Numbered from the stretch's first letter, positions 18,735-27,778 are shown. The stretch is DNA of 55,329 bases from Alphaproteobacteria bacterium (GCA_030432195.1 JAUIHE010000003.1:1-55329), one strand, 5' to 3'. The notes: generated by a model from the letters alone, not told the origin. Numbers and translations are program-made.

Positions 18735-19847
18735 CTAGTCACTAGGGCAGCCAGCGGCAATTAGGGTCTGGGTCAGCGTATCTAGGGGAACGTCGCGCGA
18801 TTGAAAGGCCTGACCCAGCGCGCGGCTCAATATAAAGGTCATTTGCCCGGCACTGGCCTTCTTGTCTTTACGCATATGCAAGATCATGCGCGGCACGCTG
18901 GGCGCAGAATTGCTTGGAAAGGCGGGGCTTGTTGGCAGGCCGGTTTTGGCGATAAAGCCTTGCACCCGCGCCACATCCTGGTCAGAGATCAGACCAAGCC
19001 GCGCCGACAAATCGTGGGCCATGACCATGCCGATTGCCACCGCTTCGCCGTGCAACAGGCGCCCGTCGTAACCAGCTTCAGCTTCCAACGCATGGGCAAA
19101 GGTGTGGCCCAGGTTCAACAGAGCCCGACGACCCTTTTCCGTTTCATCGGCGGCCACGGTTTCTGCCTTGGCTTGGCAAGATCGATAGATCGCTTGCGTC
19201 AGCGCCTCTGGGTCACGATCTAGCACGCGTCCAAAATTGGCCTCCAGCCAATCATAGAAATCGGGCTGGTCGATCAGGCCATACTTGATGACCTCGGCAA
19301 AGCCAGCACGCAGCTCACGATCGCTGAGCGTGTTCAGCAAATCAATGTCGATGACGACCGCCTTGGGCTGGTGAAAAGCGCCGATCAAATTCTTGCCGTG
19401 CGGGGAGTTGATGCCGGTCTTGCCGCCGACCGAGGAATCGACCTGCGCGAGCAAGCTGGTCGGAACCTGAACAAAATCCAGACCGCGCAGCAAGCTTGCG
19501 GCTACATAGCCCGCCAGATCGCCGACCACGCCGCCACCGAGCGCCACGATCACGTCAGAGCGCTCCATGCCGAAAGCCAGCGCTTGATCGCAGACCTGGG
19601 CAAAACAGGCGTAAGACTTGCTGGCCTCCCCCGCAGGGACTTCAACCCAGCCTACCTCAAGGCCTGCCGCGCACAGCGATTTTTCGACGCTCGCGCGATA
19701 GAGTCCCGAGACCGTGGTATCGCTGACCACAAGCACGCGCTGGCGCTTCAAGAAAGGCTGCAAATAGTCGCTGAGCCGCGCCAGCAAGCCCGAGCCGATA
19801 TGGATCTCATAGGCGCGCGCGCCCAGGCCGACGGTCAAGGTCTTCAC
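18735..19847 (-). CDS. aroB: 3-dehydroquinate synthase
   Basis: 370 aa with GGGVVGDLAGYVA, a VPTSLLAQVDSSVGGKTG motif and metal-binding His residues. Overlaps the aroK stop by 4 nt (ATGA). Confidence 0.9.
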   Translation of the reverse strand: MKTLTVGLGARAYEIHIGSGLLARLSDYLQPFLKRQRVLVVSDTTVSGLYRASVEKSLCAAGLEVGWVEVPAGEASKSYACFAQVCDQALAFGMERSDVIVALGGGVVGDLAGYVAASLLRGLDFVQVPTSLLAQVDSSVGGKTGINSPHGKNLIGAFHQPKAVVIDIDLLNTLSDRELRAGFAEVIKYGLIDQPDFYDWLEANFGRVLDRDPEALTQAIYRSCQAKAETVAADETEKGRRALLNLGHTFAHALEAEAGYDGRLLHGEAVAIGMVMAHDLSARLGLISDQDVARVQGFIAKTGLPTSPAFPSNSAPSVPRMILHMRKDKKASAGQMTFILSRALGQAFQSRDVPLDTLTQTLIAAGCPSD

Positions 19848-20494
19848 GACGGGCTCTCCTGTTCTTGGCGGCTCGCATCCTTGGCCGCTTCTTGGGTTGC
19901 GTTGGGCTCCTGCGCCGCCTTTTGGGCATCCAAAAAGGCTGACAAGCGCTTGAGCGCGATGGCAGCCGCCACATCGGGCCCCTCTTTGCCAGAGCGCACA
20001 ATAATATCGGCGGTCTTATAGACCGGATCGCGGGTCTTAAACAGGCGTCGAAAGACCCTTTTCGGATCGCCGCTGTTTAGAAGCGGCCGATGGGTCCGCC
20101 CTGCGGTACGCGCCAGGAGTTGCTCCAATGTTGGCTTGAGCCAGATCGAGACCGCGGCGTCGCGCATGTTGGCCTGGGTTTGCTCGTTCATCATGGCACC
20201 GCCGCCGGTGGCCAAGACAATCGGCTCACCTTCAAGCAAGCGCTTGATGACCCGCCGCTCGCCATCGCGAAAATAGGGCTCCCCGTGGGTTGCGAAAATA
20301 TCTGCGATGCTCTGGCCTGCGGACTCTTCAATGGCCTGGTCGGCATCAACAAATGGCATATCCAAGACCTGCGCCAAACGACGGCCAACGGTGGATTTGC
20401 CACAGCCCATATGGCCGACCAAAACGAGGCTTTTGGCCAGGGGAGCGTGCTTGGCACGGAAGTTTTTGGCTCTTTTTTTGAGCTCCGGCGTCAT
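19844..20494 (-). CDS. aroK: Shikimate kinase (with N- and C-terminal extensions)
   Basis: P-loop LVGHMGCGKSTVGRRLA plus GEPYFRDGE and ATGGG motifs. aroK-aroB operon arrangement. Confidence 0.85.
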   Translation of the reverse strand: MTPELKKRAKNFRAKHAPLAKSLVLVGHMGCGKSTVGRRLAQVLDMPFVDADQAIEESAGQSIADIFATHGEPYFRDGERRVIKRLLEGEPIVLATGGGAMMNEQTQANMRDAAVSIWLKPTLEQLLARTAGRTHRPLLNSGDPKRVFRRLFKTRDPVYKTADIIVRSGKEGPDVAAAIALKRLSAFLDAQKAAQEPNATQEAAKDASRQEQESPS

Positions 20495-20752
20495 AGCCTT
20501 TCCTTATTCCTACGCTAGCCCTTCAGGAGCACCGACCCTGGCACCCAAGCTGGGTCATCTGTCGGTACTTGTCCCAACTTGCCAATCATCGGCTGGATCG
20601 ACGGCTTTGGACTTGCTTTGTGCCTGACATATCGGCATAGGCATGCGCCTGTAAAGAATTACTGCCGTTACCATGGCCCGCTGAATTCGGCGAAACCACC
20701 GCGATGCCTTTTCTGGCCTCGCCAAATGCAACGAGAAGAGGATGTCACGTCT

Positions 20753-20944
20753 ATGCGCCGACCTCGCCAGCATCATGCCTGGGTAGCGCCTCTGGTCGTC
20801 TTTACGTTGATCCTATTGTTCGCAACCCTCATGTTCATGACCTGGGATATCCCACGTCCGCGCTATCGGGTCGAGCGCTCTTTGCCGCCGATCATTTTTG
20901 AAGGCATCGACATGCCAGCACCCGAGCTGCCCGCGCAGAACTAG
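20753..20944 (+). CDS. Small hypothetical membrane protein (start uncertain)
   Basis: Internal ATG of track ORF 20579..20944 gives MRRPRQHHAWVAPLVVFTLILLFATLMFMTW... with one TM. Occupies the aroK/xerD divergent gap. Weak support. Confidence 0.3.
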   Translation: MRRPRQHHAWVAPLVVFTLILLFATLMFMTWDIPRPRYRVERSLPPIIFEGIDMPAPELPAQN

Positions 20945-21050
20945 GGGGCACCATCTTGCGGCCAAACCCGATACCAGCGCGCTGCAAGGCCTCACATTCC
21001 CAGCACAATCAAGCCAAGATCACCCCAAGATCACCGGGCACAAAGGGCGC

Positions 21051-21977
21051 ATGTCTTTAGCCCTTTTCTTTGAGAGCCTCTTGGTCGAGCGCAATGCCGC
21101 CGACAATACGCTGGAGGCCTACCGCCGTGACCTGGAACAAGCCGCCGAGGCCCTGCCCTGTGCCCTGGACCAGGCGGATGCAAGCGCCCTAAGGGACTAC
21201 TTGCGCGGTCTGACAGATCAGGGATTCGCCAAGTCCTCGATTGCCCGCAAGCGTTCAGCGCTCAAGCAGTACTTCGCCTTCCTAAGCGATGAAGGTCTGC
21301 GCAGTGACAACCCCGCAGACGCCTTGAAGGTGGCGACGGCCCCGCGCGCCCTGCCCAAAATCTTGAGCCCGGAGCAAGTCAACGCGCTTTTGGATCAAGC
21401 CCAAAAAGACGTCGAAGCCGCCAGAGCCAGTGACCAGGCGCTGGCCCTAGGCGAAGCGCTCCGCACCTGGGCCTTGCTTGAAATCCTCTATGCCAGCGGC
21501 CTGCGTGTATCGGAGCTGGTCAGCTTGCCGCTGTCGGCCATTCAAAGCAACGTAGGCGCCTTGATCGTTACCGGTAAGGGCAATAAGCAACGCCTGGTAC
21601 CGCTTGGACGGGCGGCACAATCCGCGCTTGCCGCCTATCTTGAAAAGCGCGCGATTTTCTTGCCGCCGCGCTTGGCCGCTCAACCCTATGTCTTTCCATC
21701 CAGCGGTCAGCAGGGCCATTTGACCCGCCAACGCATGGGCCAATTGCTCAAGGCTTTGGCCGAACGCGCGGGCTTGCCGCCAGCCTTGGTGTCGCCGCAC
21801 GTGTTGCGCCACGCCTTTGCAACCCACTTGTTGCACAACGGCGCCGATCTGCGCATTGTCCAGACCTTGCTGGGACATGCCGACGTTTCAACGACGGAAA
21901 TCTATACCCATGTCTCGAACCAGCGGCTCAAGGCCCTGGTGACCGACTGCCACCCCTTGAGCGCGGGTTCGCGATAA
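21051..21977 (+). CDS. xerD: Site-specific tyrosine recombinase XerD
   Basis: Start at ATG 21051 (MSLALFFESLLVERNAADNTLEAYRRDL). C-terminal catalytic HVLRHAFATHLL...LLGHADVSTTEIYTHV. Confidence 0.9.
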   Translation: MSLALFFESLLVERNAADNTLEAYRRDLEQAAEALPCALDQADASALRDYLRGLTDQGFAKSSIARKRSALKQYFAFLSDEGLRSDNPADALKVATAPRALPKILSPEQVNALLDQAQKDVEAARASDQALALGEALRTWALLEILYASGLRVSELVSLPLSAIQSNVGALIVTGKGNKQRLVPLGRAAQSALAAYLEKRAIFLPPRLAAQPYVFPSSGQQGHLTRQRMGQLLKALAERAGLPPALVSPHVLRHAFATHLLHNGADLRIVQTLLGHADVSTTEIYTHVSNQRLKALVTDCHPLSAGSR

Positions 21978-22005
21978 GGCAGGCCCCGCGCCCGAGTGGC
22001 TGTCT

Positions 22006-22043
22006 GCGGCCCGCGGCCCAGATCAGCGGCCCAGATCAGCGCC
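22006..22043. repeat. 13-nt tandem repeat (gcggcccagatca x2 plus flanking partial copies) containing the stop codon of the MFS gene
   Basis: gcggccc gcggcccagatca gcggcccagatca gcgcc. On the minus strand this reads ...cgcTGAtctgggc cgcTGAtctgggc cgcgggc. The first TGA (22036..22038) is the MFS stop. Confidence 0.75.
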
Positions 22044-23328
22044 TTGGATGGGTCTCCTGCATCGCAACGATCAGCCAGACCCCAGAGACCAGCATGGCCG
22101 CTCCGGTGAGCCAGAAGCCCGCCTCCAGCAGGCCGGTCGCATCAGCGATGAGGCCCATCGCCAGCGCTCCGATCGCATAACCCAGATCGCGCCAAAACCG
22201 GTAGACGCCCAGCGCCGAGCCGCGCCATGCAGGGTGCGCAATATCGCCCATGGCCGCAATCAAGGTCGGGTACAACAGCGCCATGCCGACGCCGATCACC
22301 GCCGCGGTCAGGCCCCAGGCCCACACTGCGCCCAGAAGGGGGAAGATCAAGACCCCAGCGGCACAGAGAAAAAAGCCAGCCACGGTCGGCGCTTTTCGGC
22401 CCAACCGGTCCGATAAGGGGCCGGTCCAAAGCTGGCTGATTCCCCAAACGAACCCATAGATGCCGGTCACCCAACCAATTTGAATGAGGCTGGCGCCCTT
22501 AGCGACCAAGAAGACCGGCACCAGGGCCCAAACCAGCGCATCGACGAATTTTTCAACACATCCGGCCTGCGCCAAGGCCAGAAAGGTTCGATTGCGCCAC
22601 GACACCAGCGCAAAGATCTGGGCGGTCGTCGGATTGTCTGGACCCGCCACATAGCGCGCTTCCTGGCCGACGCCAGCCGCGTTTTGCTGGGCCTTGGCTT
22701 GCAGCCCTGCGGCCTCTGCCTTGGCAAAGGGCAAGGTTTCTGTGAAGGCGAAATAGCCTGCTATCAGTGCCGCGGCGATCACGACAAGGCCAAAGACCAG
22801 CAAGCTTAGGCGCGGATCATAGAGGCTGGCGAGATAGCCGGTCAGCAGTCCGGCCAAGGCCACGCCGCCGTAGCCCACAAACTCATTGAGGCCCGTGGCC
22901 AGCCCACGTTGATCGGCGCGCACAATGTCCATCTTGGCGGTGACCGTCATGGACCAGGCGAAGCCTTGGTTGATCCCCAACAGCACATTCGCTGCGACCA
23001 GCCAGCCCCAGGAGGGCGCCCAATACATCATGAAGGGAATCGGTATCGCGACCAGCCAGCCCCACAGCAAGACGCGCCGACGGCCCAGGCGCTCGGACAA
23101 ACGGCCCGAGACAAAGTTCATGCTGCCTTTGACCACGCCAAAGGACACCACCAAAGCAAACAAGGCGGTCATGGAGCCACGGGCCAGCCCGAACTCGCTT
23201 TCCGCCAAGGCGGGCAGAACCGTGCGCTGCATACCGATGGTTAGGCCAACAAAGAAGACTTGCAGCAGTTGTTCCAAAAAGGCGCGCCGGTTTTCACGGA
23301 TGCCTGGGCTGTAGGATACGGCGCTCAT
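22036..23328 (-). CDS. MFS transporter
   Basis: Start at ATG 23328 (MSAVSYSPGIRENRRAFLEQ...). 12-TM pattern with MFS loop motif SGRLSERLGRRRVLL. Confidence 0.8.
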   Translation of the reverse strand: MSAVSYSPGIRENRRAFLEQLLQVFFVGLTIGMQRTVLPALAESEFGLARGSMTALFALVVSFGVVKGSMNFVSGRLSERLGRRRVLLWGWLVAIPIPFMMYWAPSWGWLVAANVLLGINQGFAWSMTVTAKMDIVRADQRGLATGLNEFVGYGGVALAGLLTGYLASLYDPRLSLLVFGLVVIAAALIAGYFAFTETLPFAKAEAAGLQAKAQQNAAGVGQEARYVAGPDNPTTAQIFALVSWRNRTFLALAQAGCVEKFVDALVWALVPVFLVAKGASLIQIGWVTGIYGFVWGISQLWTGPLSDRLGRKAPTVAGFFLCAAGVLIFPLLGAVWAWGLTAAVIGVGMALLYPTLIAAMGDIAHPAWRGSALGVYRFWRDLGYAIGALAMGLIADATGLLEAGFWLTGAAMLVSGVWLIVAMQETHPRR

Positions 23329-23437
23329 GGGGGCTCTGCTTTTTGTCAATGGATCAAGAGCCGCGAAGTGTGGACCAGCAATCATCACGGGTCAAAAGCC
23401 GAACCCTGTTCAACCAGCGCGCAATTGCCGCGTCACG

Positions 23438-23471
23438 GGCTAATTCTCGGCCAATTCTAGGCCAATCAGCC
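23438..23471. repeat. Degenerate 11-12 nt tandem repeat x3 (ggctaattctcg / gccaattctag / gccaatcagcc)
   Basis: Direct reading. Lies immediately beside the 17-bp array. Confidence 0.5.
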
Positions 23472-23483
23472 AACCTGAGCGCT

Positions 23484-23568
23484 GCTAGCGATCCAAGACA
23501 GCTAGCGATCCAAGACAGCTAGCGATCCAAGACAGCTAGCGATCCAAGACAACTAGCGATCCAGAACA
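23484..23568. repeat. 17-bp tandem repeat, 4 perfect copies (gctagcgatccaagaca) plus a 5th diverged copy that is the 3' end and stop codon of the PhyH gene
   Basis: Units at 23484, 23501, 23518 and 23535 are identical. The unit at 23552 (actagcgatccagaaca) encodes ...V L D R stop on the minus strand. Every unit carries CTAG (TAG on the minus strand) and GATC. Confidence 0.95.
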
Positions 23569-24350
23569 ACCGGGAACCAGTCTTGGCGCAGACGTTGGCC
23601 TGGCTGCATATCATGACCTGGAAATGGCGGCGAGGTGCGCCCTGGCCGCTCAACATAGCGGGCATCATCGCCCACCAGCCGCAGTGAGAACGCCCGGCGG
23701 CGATTGCCGGTCTCGTTGCCACGCGCGCCGTGCAGAACCATGAAATTGAAGGCCACCGCATCGCCCGGTTCCATGTCCCACTCCAAGACCTTCATGCCCT
23801 CAGCGTCCGGGTCAGGGACGGGCATATAGTCATCTTCATTAGGATAAAAGCTTGTCTCGGCCAGCCAGCGGGTGGGCAGCACCGGCTTTTCCCAAAGATG
23901 AGAACCGGCCACGCAGCGCAAGGAGGCCTCGCGCACGGGGTCCAGCGGCACCCAATACGACAGGGTCTGTTGGCCCTCGACGAAATAATATGGTCCGTCT
24001 TGGTGCCAAGGCGTTGGCTTGGAGGTGCCAGGCTCTTTAACCAAGACATGATCGTGGAACAACTGCACCCGGCGGGAGCCCATCAGATCGGCGGCGACTT
24101 CGGCGGCAGCAGAGGCCTGGATAGCGTCCTGAAATTCTGGAATCCGCTGCCAATTGCAATAATCGTCGAAAAACCGCCCGCCTTCGCCCGGTTTCAGGTT
24201 TTCTGCCGCGTATGGTCCGGGCTCGTCCATATTACGCGCGACACCCTGACGAAGCTGTTCGACTTGATCTTTGAACAAGCCGCGGATCAGGACCACGCCA
24301 TCGCGCTGATAGGCTTGGATATCGGCGGGCGAAACGAGAGGATGAGGCAT
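23553..24350 (-). CDS. Phytanoyl-CoA dioxygenase (PhyH) family Fe(II)/2-oxoglutarate oxygenase
   Basis: 265 aa with WHQDGPYY (HxD region) and VLHGARGN, typical of the PhyH family. Confidence 0.8.
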   Translation of the reverse strand: MPHPLVSPADIQAYQRDGVVLIRGLFKDQVEQLRQGVARNMDEPGPYAAENLKPGEGGRFFDDYCNWQRIPEFQDAIQASAAAEVAADLMGSRRVQLFHDHVLVKEPGTSKPTPWHQDGPYYFVEGQQTLSYWVPLDPVREASLRCVAGSHLWEKPVLPTRWLAETSFYPNEDDYMPVPDPDAEGMKVLEWDMEPGDAVAFNFMVLHGARGNETGNRRRAFSLRLVGDDARYVERPGRTSPPFPGHDMQPGQRLRQDWFPVVLDR

Positions 24351-24591
24351 GCAGAGCTCCTAGAAATGAAGATCGCGGGACGCTTGAGCGCCCACAAGGC
24401 TAGCCAGCCGCGGCCGAGCTGCCAAGCCTCAGGGCGTCATACCGGGTCGCTCAGGGGCCTTAGCGTGTGGAAACCAGCCCGTCGAAGCGCCGGATTGGGC
24501 AAAGCGCCGGTTTTCGCTGGCACACGCGCACTTTTTCGCTATGTCTTGAGGCCGCTGTCCCTAATCCGCTAAGCCCACCAAAGCCTCAACC

Positions 24592-26562
24592 GTGACCTAT
24601 CTGCGCTTCATTGACGGCCTGCGGGCCTTCGCCATCCTGCCGGTGCTGATGTTTCACCTCTCGCCGGTCTTGCTGCCAGGCGGCTATTTGGGGGTGGATG
24701 TCTTTTTTGTCATCTCGGGCTTTTTGATTACCGGCGTTTTGGCGCAACAGGCCGACCGCGGACCCTTAGCGCTCGTCGGGTTTTGGGAGCGCCGGGTGCG
24801 CCGCCTTTTGCCCGCCTCGATCCTGGTCATGCTGACCTGCTTTGTCGCATCGCTGGTCTTTCTATCGCTGGAAGACGCCAAGGTCTTTGGGGCCAGTTTG
24901 ATTGCCGCGGCGCTGTTTCACGCCAACCTCTTCTTCGCAGACACGCTGGACTATTTTGCCGCCCCGGCAAGCGAACATCCGCTGCTGCACTTCTGGTCCC
25001 TGTCCGTTGAAGAACAGTTTTACTTCATTTGGCCCTTCGTCATCGCCCTGAGCTTTGCCGTACTGCCCGCCGGAAAGCCGCGCCGCGCACTCGCCGCGGG
25101 CCTGATCGCCTTCGCCTCGCTGGGCTCGCTGGCGGCCTTGCTGTTTTTGCCCGAAGCCAAACCGGGCAATCATTTCTTCTTCCTCTCAACCCGCGTTTGG
25201 GAGCTGGGCGCAGGCTCCCTGCTCGCACTGGGACTTGCTCGTCTACCCAAGCAAGATAGCCCCGATAGCCCCAAGGCTGCTCCCCTATGGGTTGAGATCG
25301 GCGCGGGCCTGGCCGCAATCGCCGTTTTGGCCAGCCTCGCCATTTTGTCCGAGGACTATCAATTGCCGGGCCTTGCCAGCTTGCCGCTGGTGCTGGGAAC
25401 CACCGCTTTGCTGGGGATTGGCGCGCGCTATCAGGCCAAGCTCACCCAAGCCCTATGTTGGCGCGGAGTTGTCTGGATAGGGCAGCTATCCTATTCGCTT
25501 TACCTGTGGCACTGGCCGATCTTCTCGTTCGCGCGCATCGCCACCGGCGGACAGCCGCCGCTTTGGATCTGGCCGCTGTTGCTCGCCTTGACCTTCTTGG
25601 CGTCTTACCTCTCGTGGCGATTTGTCGAACAGCCCATTCGACGGTGGCGCGGCGCCACAACCATCACCCGCCAGCTGGCCGTGATCGCGGCGGGGCTTGC
25701 GGCTCTGTTGGTGGTGGCTGGCCTCGGACGGGCCCTGGTGGTCTTCGACGGCATGCCCTGGCGCCTATCGGGTCTGGATCGGAAGATCTATGAGCAGCAA
25801 GCCAGCGAGAACCCCTATCGCCAACGCTGCGATTCCTGGCAGAACGCCGACAAAGACAACGCCTTTTGCACCGTTGGTCGCCCCTATGACCCCCAGCACG
25901 GTTTTGATGCGATCATCGTCGGCTCTTCGTTTGCCGATCAGTACGTGCCGGGCCTGAAGCTCTGGGCCGAGCAGCAAGATATCAGCCTACGCCAGGTCAC
26001 CAATTCGACCTGCGCCGGAGTGCCCGGCATGACGAGCCGCGATCCCAGCAAGGTTCAGGTTTGCACCGACTATCATGAAGCGCTGGTGCAGGTGATCGAG
26101 GCGAACCCTAAGCTGAAGCTTGTAATTCTGGCGACCCACCTTCGATTTTTGCCCGACTTTGAAGGCCAGTTGGCCGCGGACCATCAACGCAGCCAGGCCT
26201 TGGCCGATTACGCCGGCTGGCTCGCTGAGCGCGGGATAAAGCTACACATCATTGCCCCTATTCAGATTCGCATGAATTTGCGCGCGGGCTGTATCAAGCC
26301 AGCTGTTCAAGATCCCGCAAAAGAGACCGCCTGCGGTCGCGAAAAGAGCGCCCGCTTGCTGGAGACCGAAGACTACTATTTGGGGGCCGCCAAGACGCTT
26401 GAGACCGTGAGCCTCAGCCTGCCCAGCGCTGCGCTTTGCCCGGACGATTTCTGCCGCCTGGTGGCCGACGGCATGCTGTTGTATCGCAACCAAGGCCACA
26501 TCAACGCCTTCGGGGCGCGTTGGCTGGTGCCCAAATTGGGCCTCCCCGACCTGAAGCGGTAG
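24592..26562 (+). CDS. Acyltransferase family 3 membrane protein with a C-terminal SGNH-like domain (OafA-type O-acyltransferase)
   Basis: GTG start. IDGLRAFAILPVLMFHL, VDVFFVISGFLIT and YSLYLWHWP are hallmarks. Multi-TM N-terminal half plus a soluble C-terminal half of about 270 aa. Confidence 0.85.
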   Translation: MTYLRFIDGLRAFAILPVLMFHLSPVLLPGGYLGVDVFFVISGFLITGVLAQQADRGPLALVGFWERRVRRLLPASILVMLTCFVASLVFLSLEDAKVFGASLIAAALFHANLFFADTLDYFAAPASEHPLLHFWSLSVEEQFYFIWPFVIALSFAVLPAGKPRRALAAGLIAFASLGSLAALLFLPEAKPGNHFFFLSTRVWELGAGSLLALGLARLPKQDSPDSPKAAPLWVEIGAGLAAIAVLASLAILSEDYQLPGLASLPLVLGTTALLGIGARYQAKLTQALCWRGVVWIGQLSYSLYLWHWPIFSFARIATGGQPPLWIWPLLLALTFLASYLSWRFVEQPIRRWRGATTITRQLAVIAAGLAALLVVAGLGRALVVFDGMPWRLSGLDRKIYEQQASENPYRQRCDSWQNADKDNAFCTVGRPYDPQHGFDAIIVGSSFADQYVPGLKLWAEQQDISLRQVTNSTCAGVPGMTSRDPSKVQVCTDYHEALVQVIEANPKLKLVILATHLRFLPDFEGQLAADHQRSQALADYAGWLAERGIKLHIIAPIQIRMNLRAGCIKPAVQDPAKETACGREKSARLLETEDYYLGAAKTLETVSLSLPSAALCPDDFCRLVADGMLLYRNQGHINAFGARWLVPKLGLPDLKR

Positions 26563-26566
26563 GATT

Positions 26567-26643
26567 GGACCCCAAACGACCCTGGACCCCAAACGACCCT
26601 GGACCCAAAACGACCCTGGGTCTTGAACTATCCTGGGTCTTGG
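26567..26643. repeat. 17-nt period tandem repeats directly after the acyltransferase stop (ggaccccaaacgaccct x3, then cctgggtcttgaactat / cctgggtcttgg)
   Basis: Units at 26567, 26584 and 26601 (one substitution in the third), then a second 17-nt-period pair from 26615. Starts 5 nt after TAG 26560..26562. Confidence 0.85.
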
Positions 26644-26694
26644 CCCGCAACATCCCGGCATCGCAAACACGGTTAACGCGGCCCCAGCTTGGTA

Positions 26695-26813
26695 CTAGAG
26701 CATAGCCCGAGCAATCGCCCTGGATTGTGCCAAAGACAAGCAAGGTGCATTTGCGGCAATATCAAATAGAGTGAGCGCACCCGGTGAAGGCAATTCAGCG
26801 AAACGCGCTCTAC
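26695..26813 (-). repeat. Interspersed CTAGAGC-delimited element, family A, copy in minus orientation (about 119 nt)
   Basis: The reverse complement gtagagcgcgtttcgctg...ttgccgcaaatgcaccttgcttgtctttggcacaatccagggcgattgctcggg...gctctag aligns without gaps to 52059..52177 and 39642..39750. Its TAG (26810..26812, minus) is the stop codon of the EamA gene. Confidence 0.8.
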
Positions 26814-27778
26814 AGGCGCGCGGGCGGGTTCTGCGCGGCCACTTGCCGAATGCGCACCCGCTCGCGATGCCAGGTGTAGACGCCAGATGCCACGATCAGC
26901 ACCAGGCCAAACCAAACCGAGACTTGCGGCCAGTCGCCGAACAAGAGCCAGCCGAACACAACACCCCACAAAATTTGCGAATACTGGAGCGGGGCGACCT
27001 GCGAAGGCGGCACGCTGCGCAGAGTGATAATCAAACTAAGCTGCACGCTGGCCACCAAAACGCCCGAGGCAAACAGCAAGCCCAAAACCTTGGGCTCAGC
27101 CATGGGGGTCAGTTCTTCGGGGGCAATCAACAGCAAGATCAAGGGGACGACCAGGGTGCCGGGAAACTGCCAAATCGCCAGGCAAGGACGACGTTCTGTC
27201 TGACTGACAATCCGCATGAGGACCAACGACAAGCTGCCCGTCATCGCGCCACAGAGCGCAAACAAATGCCCCCAATCCAAGGCCGTATGTCCGGGCTGAA
27301 AGGCCACGATCACGCCCACAAAACCAACCGCAACCGCGCTCCAACGCCGCCAACCGATGCTTTCTTTGAAGATCAGCACCGACAAACCGGTCAAGAACAG
27401 CGGCATGGTGAAAATGAAGACATAGGCATCGGCCAATGGCAGGCGCTTGAAGGCGCTGAAAGCAAACAGAGCCGTGACACCGCCCAGCAGGGTGCGCAAA
27501 ATGACCAGGCGGGGGCGCTGCGGCCACCAGGTGATTTGCTCACCGCGCAGCCAAAAGAACAAGATCAGCAGCGGCAGCGCCACCAAAGAAGAACCGATGA
27601 TGATGAGCGGCGGGCCCAAGGTCTGGCTGGTCAGACGAACAAGCGCATCATTGGACGAAAACAGAAAATAGCTCAGCAGCGCGAAAGCCATTCCGGTTGC
27701 GTAGTCGCCCGCTGGAGGACGGGGGGCGTTGATGGACGGGCGGTTTTTATTAGGGACCGTTTGGGGGTGATCGGTCAT
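26810..27778 (-). CDS. DMT superfamily (EamA-like) transporter
   Basis: 322 aa, 10-TM pattern, two EamA-type halves (FALLSYFLFSSNDALVRL...). Confidence 0.8.
   Translation of the reverse strand: MTDHPQTVPNKNRPSINAPRPPAGDYATGMAFALLSYFLFSSNDALVRLTSQTLGPPLIIIGSSLVALPLLILFFWLRGEQITWWPQRPRLVILRTLLGGVTALFAFSAFKRLPLADAYVFIFTMPLFLTGLSVLIFKESIGWRRWSAVAVGFVGVIVAFQPGHTALDWGHLFALCGAMTGSLSLVLMRIVSQTERRPCLAIWQFPGTLVVPLILLLIAPEELTPMAEPKVLGLLFASGVLVASVQLSLIITLRSVPPSQVAPLQYSQILWGVVFGWLLFGDWPQVSVWFGLVLIVASGVYTWHRERVRIRQVAAQNPPARL

Noticed and set aside
23484-23568. Could the 17-bp array (and the other short arrays) be a CRISPR array?
   Set aside because: Units are directly contiguous with no spacers, are only 11-23 bp long, and there are no cas genes in the window. 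They are plain tandem repeats.
26695-26813. Interpreting the CTAGAGC elements as integron attC sites (imperfect inverted repeats just 3' of genes)
   Set aside because: There are no RYYYAAC/GTTRRRY core sites and no intI gene. The flanking genes are core housekeeping genes (glnE, rpoH, purH), not cassettes.
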